Below are positions 26,066-32,000 of a stretch of 32,000 nt of DNA, one piece after another. The notes under the pieces are model-generated. The model was not told where the DNA came from. It ran no database searches and was given only the letters and a program-made list of their open reading frames with translations. Numbering within the stretch: the first letter of the stretch is position 1; each line of letters opens with the position of its first letter. This DNA is from Alkanindiges illinoisensis DSM 15370 (GTDB taxonomy: Bacteria; Pseudomonadota; Gammaproteobacteria; Pseudomonadales; Moraxellaceae). A program made the position numbers and the translations under genes. Location: the NCBI RefSeq assembly GCF_000619845.1, contig NZ_JHUX01000004.1, forward strand, positions 385,190 through 417,189, in the 5' to 3' direction.

Positions 26066-27343
26066 TCACGGCTTCTGCTGAGCTCTATTCATTGTATGGA
26101 CCATTTTTTCTGCTACTGCCCTAATCACATTCATGCAGACAGAATTTCCAAATTGCTTATATATCTGTCCCTGAGAAACCGCATCAATGATATAATTTTC
26201 TGGAAAGCCCTGTAGTCGTGCACATTCACGGGGCGTCAGTTTACGGGGATTTAAACCATGCTCTGACTGATCAATCAGTATTTCTGACCCATCCTTGTAG
26301 TAGCGTGCACTTAGAGTATTGGTATATGCACTTTCACTATTATAAAGCGTATAACCAAAACCATTTCCTTTTTCCTTATGCTGATCCTTTCTACGCTGAT
26401 GACCGTCCCACAGTTTGTCAGAAATGGTATAAAAATCTCCTCGGGTTTGTATTTGCTCACGATCTTCAAGAATATCACCTACTCTTGTAGGTATACCTGA
26501 TGGTATAGGCCACTCAAACAACTGATCGAAATCTACATCCTCACCATAAAAGTCCTTGTCAAAACCGACAATAAAAATCCTTTCACGATTCTGGGGAGCA
26601 CCAAAGTCTGCTGCCCGTAAAACTTTATAATCTACCCAGTAATTTAATCTTGCTGATAAAGCATGCCGAGCTTCCTCACTCATGGGTATATCCTGAGAGA
26701 TATCCTGTTGAGTTTCACCCCGCAAAATATCCAGAATGGTTTTAAGGGTTCTGCCTTTATCATGACCCCTCAGTTGCTTTACATTTTCCAGTAGAAAAGC
26801 TTTAGGCTTCTTTTCGGCAAGAATGCGCTGAATTTCAAAGAACATCGTACCACGCGCATCATTGAAACCTTTTTTTAGACCTGCCTGTGAGAAAGTCTGG
26901 CAGGGAAAACCTGCAAGTAGCACATCATGCTCAGGTATGCTGCTTGCAGAAATTTGCGTAATATCCCCTGCCGGCATTTCACCAAAATTAGCAGCATATG
27001 TTTTCTGGGCAAACTTGTCCCACTCTGAAGTAAACACGCAGCGGCCACCGAGTTGCTGAAATGGTAATCTGATTCCACCAATCCCTGCAAACAAGTCAAT
27101 AAAGCGAAATAGAGGCTCTTGCTGTTCATCAGCCTTAAAAGGCGCATTGTCAGTCATTCTGAGAATCTGTTCCCACTTGTTTTTGGTAGGAACATGCTCG
27201 CCGGACTCCCAGCCTCTTATGGTGCGCTCGCCATTCTCCTTCATGTCAAGAAGCATGGCAAAATCTTTTAAGCTTAATCCCATATTCTTACGTTTTGTTT
27301 TAATATAAGATGCCTTATCAGCTATAAATTCAATGTATTTCAT
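26066..27343 (-). CDS. DNA (cytosine-5)-methyltransferase with an N-terminal XRE-type HTH domain
   Basis: 425 aa. The C5-MTase motifs are FIDLFAGIGG (I), GFPCQTFS (IV), LLENVKQL (VI), QNRERIFIVG (VIII) and GNSV (X). About 60 aa precede them (LSLKDFAMLLDMKENGERTIRGWESGEHVP), forming an HTH. Confidence 0.93.
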   Translation of the reverse strand: MKYIEFIADKASYIKTKRKNMGLSLKDFAMLLDMKENGERTIRGWESGEHVPTKNKWEQILRMTDNAPFKADEQQEPLFRFIDLFAGIGGIRLPFQQLGGRCVFTSEWDKFAQKTYAANFGEMPAGDITQISASSIPEHDVLLAGFPCQTFSQAGLKKGFNDARGTMFFEIQRILAEKKPKAFLLENVKQLRGHDKGRTLKTILDILRGETQQDISQDIPMSEEARHALSARLNYWVDYKVLRAADFGAPQNRERIFIVGFDKDFYGEDVDFDQLFEWPIPSGIPTRVGDILEDREQIQTRGDFYTISDKLWDGHQRRKDQHKEKGNGFGYTLYNSESAYTNTLSARYYKDGSEILIDQSEHGLNPRKLTPRECARLQGFPENYIIDAVSQGQIYKQFGNSVCMNVIRAVAEKMVHTMNRAQQKP

Positions 27344-27353
27344 AACAGCAACT

Positions 27354-27375
27354 TATCCGGTTTTTGACCCGGATA
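27354..27375. promoter_or_regulatory. inverted repeat TATCCGG-N8-CCGGATA in the divergent M/R promoter region (candidate operator for the MTase HTH domain)
   Basis: Perfect 7-bp arms at 27354-27360 and 27369-27375 lie within the 89-bp intergenic region. A TTGACC hexamer (27364-27369) spans the spacer/right-arm junction. A consensus TATAAT lies at 27406-27411. On the minus strand, TTGACG (27403-27398), 17 nt and CTTAAT (27380-27375) point toward the MTase gene. Confidence 0.45.
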
Positions 27376-27432
27376 TTAAGCATTATTTTACTTGAAACGT
27401 CAATATATAATTAGGTAAGGAGCAAGATTTTC

Positions 27433-28809
27433 GTGACTGCGGCTACTATGAATCAACTTGCAGATATGGCTAATAATTTAAATACAAAAATGGATTTTGA
27501 ATATCTGCCTGCTGCTCCAACTATTCGTTTTTCCAATACAGGACAACGGGGAGATGCCAAGTATTTTGATATTTCCCTTATTTCTTTAAAAAAAACTTTA
27601 GTTGATATAGGGAAAAATTTTGAAGCCTTTGAAGGCAACGAAGAGTACGTTGAAAGTAAATGGAGAAATCTGTTTCCAAAATATTTAACAGATCCTGCAA
27701 TAAAAACCCTGTCTACCGTGCAGACCCTGCCGCTCTTTACCGTCATAAATAAAATTTTGTATCTTACCAATAATACAGGTGAAGCATACTCTGAGAAAAT
27801 AATGCCCCTGACGAAAGATAATTTAAGATCAGCTATTAAATTCTTAAAAGCACAGATACCTTCCGAGCAGTCAGAAAACAGAATTTCCAGTCTCCTACAG
27901 ATTGGGGAAAACATCATTTTCTACGGCGCTCCTGGTACTGGGAAAAGCTACGCAATTGATCAGCGAACAAATGATTTGAATGCCATTCGTACAGTTTTTC
28001 ATCCTGATACCCAGTACAGTGATTTTGTTGGATGCCTCAAGCCCTCTATGAATGGAAATGATATCCGGTATAGTTTTAAGGCTGGTCCATTTACGGAAGC
28101 TATCATCAGGGCGTGGAACGATCGGGAAAATCACTTTTTTCTGGTGATTGAAGAATTAAACAGGGCACCAGCTGCTGCTGTCTTTGGAGATATTTTTCAA
28201 TTGCTGGATAGAAATGAGCGCGGAGAAAGTACCTATTCTTTTAATGTTGCAGATCCTGATCTGCTGGTTTATTTAAAAGAATATGTAAATGATTTTCCTG
28301 AAAATGGAAAATTAAAAATACCTGCCAACCTATCAATCTATGCCACGATGAATAGTAGTGATCAGGCAGTCATGCCGCTAGATACGGCTTTTAAACGCCG
28401 CTGGCAGTTTGAATATAAGAAACTGGATTTTAGTAATTCTGCCACCGGCTCATTAGAGCTGAACATTGGTGGAATACTGGCCCATGTTGAATGGAAAGAT
28501 TTTGCTCAGGCTATAAACGCGATACTTTCAGAAAACTCCATACCGGAAGATAGACATCTGGGACCATGGTTTATCAGCAATTCCGAATTGGCTGAACCGG
28601 AAAAAATGAGGAAGACATTAACTGGCAAGCTGTTTATGTATTTATGGGATGATGTGTTAAGGCACGGTAGAAATAATCTAATATTTAATAACGATATACG
28701 TACTTATGGCGCGCTGGTCACTGCTTATGAAAAAGGGGAATCCATACTTTCTGAAAATCTAACTGAACTCCTAAAACCTTTGTCAGAAGCAGATACCCCT
28801 ATAGAGTAG
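27433..28809 (+). CDS. McrB-like AAA+ (GTPase-type) restriction subunit, LlaJI R1-like
   Basis: 458 aa. Walker A is IIFYGAPGTGKSY and Walker B is FFLVIEELNRA. The McrB-type segment is YATMNSSDQAVMPLDTAFKRRW. The ~155-aa N-terminal domain is unassigned. The GTG start at 27433 has AAGGAG 10 nt upstream. Confidence 0.8.
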   Translation: MTAATMNQLADMANNLNTKMDFEYLPAAPTIRFSNTGQRGDAKYFDISLISLKKTLVDIGKNFEAFEGNEEYVESKWRNLFPKYLTDPAIKTLSTVQTLPLFTVINKILYLTNNTGEAYSEKIMPLTKDNLRSAIKFLKAQIPSEQSENRISSLLQIGENIIFYGAPGTGKSYAIDQRTNDLNAIRTVFHPDTQYSDFVGCLKPSMNGNDIRYSFKAGPFTEAIIRAWNDRENHFFLVIEELNRAPAAAVFGDIFQLLDRNERGESTYSFNVADPDLLVYLKEYVNDFPENGKLKIPANLSIYATMNSSDQAVMPLDTAFKRRWQFEYKKLDFSNSATGSLELNIGGILAHVEWKDFAQAINAILSENSIPEDRHLGPWFISNSELAEPEKMRKTLTGKLFMYLWDDVLRHGRNNLIFNNDIRTYGALVTAYEKGESILSENLTELLKPLSEADTPIE

Positions 28810-28822
28810 GCTCTGGAAAATA

Positions 28823-30088
28823 ATGAGTGAGTTTTATTTTTATAATGACCGCATGGCCGTTACGGCGTTACCGGAAAATTTACGAACATACATTACCTCC
28901 GCCGGACTGGTCACAAATGACAGTGAGCAAAGGGTTTCTTTTTGCGGCCTAGTCATTCATGAACATAACTTAAATATTTTTTTGCCTCGCTCATCCACTA
29001 TGACAGGGGCAACATTAGGGCGTAAACAGCAGCTTGCTTCACGTCTGATGCAGACTATTGACCGTTACGGCAGAAGTTCCAGTACAGCCATTAAAACCAC
29101 TGATGAAGGCGAAGGAAGACAGGGACTAACCCAGCTTGGACTCATCATTTCCCTTCTGGATGATTATAGAAATAATGGCCTATACAGTCGCCGGCAGACT
29201 TTAAACACCACAAATTCAGGCAGGATAGACTGGCCAAAAACCATCAATAAAAATCTTCCCTACCCTGACCATAACAACAATCCTGTCTATCTTAATCTGC
29301 ATGGGCGGCACTCTCGGTATTTATCCAATACAGAGGTCTCAAGAATTCATGCAGCTATCATCAGACAGACTGCTAAAAAATATGGATGGATTATTAATGA
29401 ATATGTACCTTTGCTTGAGGCCGAGTTAAACAATGTGCCTCAGCCAGCTGGCAATCAGAAATACCAGTTAGCACTTCTACGGCAGGAACTTTCCCTCACT
29501 TATTCAGAACGTGACATTCTATTGCTACGACAGCTTATAAAGTACCTTGAGGCACAACACGGTTCCAATCCCAGTCATTTTATCGCGGGACTAACACGTT
29601 TTCATCATGCTTGGGAGTATATGCTCGGTCAGGTACTTCATGGCATTATCAATATCAACAGCCAGCTTCCTATTCCGGTATATATTCATGAAGATGGACA
29701 TGTCGAAAATGCTGCCGGCATGCGTACCGATATCGTACTTAAGGATCCAGAAAATAAGTGCCTAACTGTTATTGATGCAAAATACTATACTGCAACTAAC
29801 GTAGGCAATTCCCCAGGCTGGGGCGATATTGTTAAGCAGCTCTTTTACGCAAAAGCATTAGAAAATGTATGCTCCAAGAAAGAGAAATATCAAATGAAGA
29901 ATATATTTATCTTTCCGGGACATAAGCCAGCATTCAGACAGATCCGGATGCGTTCAAGACAGGAAGGACTATCATATCTGGATGATCAGTTTCTACCCAT
30001 AACCTGCCTATATGCCTGCCCCCTGAAAATTATTGACCTGTTTAGTACCAGACAAAAAATACTGCTTTCTGAACTCACAAATCCATAA
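28823..30088 (+). CDS. McrC-like / LlaJI-family restriction endonuclease subunit (PD-(D/E)xK)
   Basis: 421 aa, starting 13 nt after the McrB-like gene. The C-terminal GMRTDIVLKD....LTVIDAKYY gives a D...D-x-K nuclease motif, as in McrC/LlaJI R2-type proteins. Confidence 0.7.
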   Translation: MSEFYFYNDRMAVTALPENLRTYITSAGLVTNDSEQRVSFCGLVIHEHNLNIFLPRSSTMTGATLGRKQQLASRLMQTIDRYGRSSSTAIKTTDEGEGRQGLTQLGLIISLLDDYRNNGLYSRRQTLNTTNSGRIDWPKTINKNLPYPDHNNNPVYLNLHGRHSRYLSNTEVSRIHAAIIRQTAKKYGWIINEYVPLLEAELNNVPQPAGNQKYQLALLRQELSLTYSERDILLLRQLIKYLEAQHGSNPSHFIAGLTRFHHAWEYMLGQVLHGIININSQLPIPVYIHEDGHVENAAGMRTDIVLKDPENKCLTVIDAKYYTATNVGNSPGWGDIVKQLFYAKALENVCSKKEKYQMKNIFIFPGHKPAFRQIRMRSRQEGLSYLDDQFLPITCLYACPLKIIDLFSTRQKILLSELTNP

Positions 30089-30162
30089 AACCAGATCACA
30101 CCTGAATACCTATATCTAACAGCGATTATTAATAAAAAATTCTATATTTCCAGAATAAGTAT

Positions 30163-30190
30163 TTGACTGCTTTTCACAGGTAATCATATT
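30163..30190 (+). promoter_or_regulatory. candidate sigma70 promoter for vsr
   Basis: TTGACT (30163-30168), a 16-nt spacer, then CATATT (30185-30190), within the 118-bp gap before vsr. Confidence 0.3.
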
Positions 30191-30206
30191 GTTTTGGTAG
30201 TTAAGG

Positions 30207-30662
30207 ATGGGAAAATTTCTGATGACTGATATTGTAGACAGCCAGACCCGTTCACGGATGATGGCAGGAATAAAAAATAGTAATACCAGACCTGAAATGC
30301 TTATCCGCAAAGCCTTGCATGGAATGGGTTTCCGCTACCGCCTGCATGATAAAAAACTGCCGGGTAAGCCTGATTTGGTACTGCCCCGCTATAATGCTGT
30401 TATCCAGATTCATGGCTGTTTCTGGCATGCCCATAATTGTCCTCTATTTAAATTACCAAAAACGCGGACAGAATTCTGGCAGGAAAAAATTACTGGAAAT
30501 CAGGCGCGTGATAAGAAAAACGTAGAAAAATTAATGGCACAGGGCTGGCGGGTTTTAATCTGGTGGGAATGTAATACCCGTAAACCGGACAGTTTCCAAA
30601 TAGCTCTGCAAGAAGCGGTGCACTGGTTGCAGGGCAATGAAAAATATCTGGAAATCGGATAA
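30207..30662 (+). CDS. vsr: very short patch repair endonuclease
   Basis: Contains TRSRMMAGIKNSNTRPE, GFRYRLHDKKLPGKPDLVLPRYNAVIQIHGCFWHAHNC, KTRTEFWQEKI..N..RD and GWRVLIWWEC, which are close to E. coli Vsr as I remember it. An alternative start is ATG 30222. Confidence 0.9.
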   Translation: MGKFLMTDIVDSQTRSRMMAGIKNSNTRPEMLIRKALHGMGFRYRLHDKKLPGKPDLVLPRYNAVIQIHGCFWHAHNCPLFKLPKTRTEFWQEKITGNQARDKKNVEKLMAQGWRVLIWWECNTRKPDSFQIALQEAVHWLQGNEKYLEIG

Positions 30663-30666
30663 ATAA

Positions 30667-31638
30667 TTATCCTAAAGTTTTAAAGTATTGTGCCGGACAG
30701 ATTTTTGTTGGATTACTTGATGTTTCTGATCTCATACCTGTTCCACCCTCTATCACATTACTTCCTAGGTATTTAATAAAATCACTTATACCTATTAGCT
30801 TCCATGCTAAAAAATTACGCTCAGTCTGATTATCAATGTGTCTAACTACATAAAAGACTGGACATTCCGATAATTCCTGTATGGCACTTAAAGCTTTGAT
30901 TCTGTCTAAATCCATGCCAAAACCTGAAGGAGGCCTCTTTGAGAGATCTTTTTCCTTAATCTCTAGAATAAGATATTTACCTGGTGAACCATTCTGTTTT
31001 TTCTCAATTATCAGATCAATATCACTTGGGATACCGTGCTCGCGGCCAAATCCAATAAATCCATCAAAAAATAGTCTTTGAACATATAGAGCTATTAAAT
31101 TTTCCTGAGAGAATCTAGCTAGTTTGGATATATGAAAATCTTTTAGACTGGCCGGAATATTATTCTTTTTAGTGCGCTTTTTGAGGGGATAGTATGTTAA
31201 TAAATCACTTATATCAGCTTGGATAAAGTCCAGATTATTTTTATCGAAATAAAAAACCTGAAAATTCGGTACAGATAGTTTTAAACCTATTTGCATCACA
31301 TCCTCACTTTTCCAGTCCTGAAATGCCTTGGTATTATCCCACTGAATATAAAAAAGCTGGCGGCAGTCCAGTTTTGATATCTGAATATAAATATTTCTAT
31401 AATTAGAATAATGATCATCGGATATGGTGAAATATATTGTATCTGTTAAAGAAGTATTCTTAGGCTTCGGCGGCAGGAAATATCCTCCAGCAAACACCTG
31501 AGTTATGGGTCTATTTACTGCCATCCATTCCTGAAAGTCTAGTTCACCCACAAACCCCTTATATCTGTGGTGGTATTGAATGTCTCCCATAACATTTTGG
31601 GATAAAAGAATATGAAGGCATTCAAGTATAGAGTTCAT
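30667..31638 (-). CDS. uncharacterised protein with a C-terminal PD-(D/E)xK nuclease-like motif
   Basis: 323-aa AT-rich ORF. Residues ~200-240 read EHGIPSDIDLIIEKKQNGSPGKYLILEIKEKD, giving a P-x-D ... E-x-K arrangement. I recognise no other family. The gene converges on vsr with a 4-bp gap. Confidence 0.55.
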   Translation of the reverse strand: MNSILECLHILLSQNVMGDIQYHHRYKGFVGELDFQEWMAVNRPITQVFAGGYFLPPKPKNTSLTDTIYFTISDDHYSNYRNIYIQISKLDCRQLFYIQWDNTKAFQDWKSEDVMQIGLKLSVPNFQVFYFDKNNLDFIQADISDLLTYYPLKKRTKKNNIPASLKDFHISKLARFSQENLIALYVQRLFFDGFIGFGREHGIPSDIDLIIEKKQNGSPGKYLILEIKEKDLSKRPPSGFGMDLDRIKALSAIQELSECPVFYVVRHIDNQTERNFLAWKLIGISDFIKYLGSNVIEGGTGMRSETSSNPTKICPAQYFKTLG

Positions 31639-31792
31639 AATTTATTTTAGGCCTATGAGTATGAATTATTTATTTGAATTGACCCGCTGCAGCTATAAGC
31701 TAAAGGAAGAGAGAATATATAGCCATAATCAGACAATGAAAGTTTAAAATTCACTTCTTCTTTTGTTAAATGAATTAAATAAGTAAAGAAAT

Positions 31793-32000
31793 TCAATTTG
31801 AATCTTTAGTCCGCTTATAGAATTCAACCAAGAACTCAGAATGATTTCCATCTTCATAAACCAAACATAATATCTTTCGTGGTCGAGTAACTGCTACATA
31901 AAAAAGCCGTCTGGCTTCCTGTAGTGCTTTAGGAGTTTTGCTATCCCATTTATTTGGGATAATTCCATTATTAATTCCAAAAATGATAACAACATCAAAT
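31793..32000 (-). CDS. UvrD/Rep/PcrA-like superfamily 1 helicase, C-terminal end only (gene continues past the right edge)
   Basis: Edge ORF, absent from the track. My minus-strand translation is FDVVIIFGINNGIIPNKWDSKTPKALQEARRLFYVAVTRPRKILCLVYEDGNHSEFLVEFYKRTKDSN* with the stop at 31795-31793. EARRLFYVAVTR is the classical SF1 helicase motif VI. Confidence 0.7.
   Translation of the reverse strand, partial: FDVVIIFGINNGIIPNKWDSKTPKALQEARRLFYVAVTRPRKILCLVYEDGNHSEFLVEFYKRTKDSN

Noticed and set aside
27453-28134. Minus-strand ORFs (154 aa and 79 aa) antisense to the McrB-like gene.
   Set aside because: They lie opposite a gene with clear Walker A/B and McrB motifs. Such ORFs are typical AT-rich antisense artefacts.
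30116-30310. 64-aa minus-strand ORF between the LlaJI-like gene and vsr.
   Set aside because: It is an AT-rich intergenic or antisense ORF overlapping the vsr 5' end, with no SD and an implausible sequence.
1-32000. I looked for CRISPR arrays, rRNA genes, retron-like RT genes and an attR copy.
   Set aside because: I saw no short regularly spaced direct repeats, no rRNA-like sequence and no reverse-transcriptase ORF. The only tandem short repeats are the 11-mers at 20289-20419 and the 8-mers at 13398-13447, and these are reported as regulatory candidates.

Overview
The window looks like a gammaproteobacterial chromosome. Gene order and my recollection of the GltX, RsmH and Sbp sequences suggest Acinetobacter/Moraxellaceae, but that is inference only. 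Positions 1-13286 are core genome: the 5' end of ftsL, rsmH, an 8.7-kb gene for a 2,913-aa BapA-prefix/Ig-like-repeat adhesin, a sulfate-binding protein, gltX and tRNA-Ala(GGC). From the 3' end of the tRNA to the right edge (more than 18.7 kb, no attR seen) lies a compositionally mosaic integrative island. In order it carries: a P4-type tyrosine integrase; an AT-rich block with an RHH-like gene and a YagK/YfjJ (inovirus Gp2-like) gene; alpA; a second YagK/YfjJ paralogue; a small Zn-ribbon/glycine-zipper protein; a degenerate-Fic/wHTH protein; four iteron-like 11-mers around an AT-rich spacer; a lipoprotein/DUF805/lipoprotein trio; two long ORF-free, hairpin-rich intergenic regions; a DUF932 gene; and a 916-bp IS5-family-like IS with inverted repeats, a 3-bp target duplication and a split transposase. 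A defence cluster follows: an HTH-fused C5-cytosine methyltransferase divergent from McrB-like and LlaJI/McrC-like restriction genes plus vsr, then a convergent 323-aa protein with a PD-(D/E)xK motif and the 3' end of a UvrD-like helicase cut by the window edge. The most interesting leads are the int-alpA-YagK/YfjJ-iteron layout, which resembles a phage satellite or PICI; the uncharacterised nuclease-motif protein next to the helicase; and the structured noncoding stretches at 22441-22931 and 23463-23871. No CRISPR array or rRNA gene was seen. All family assignments come from motif reading and memory, not from searches.
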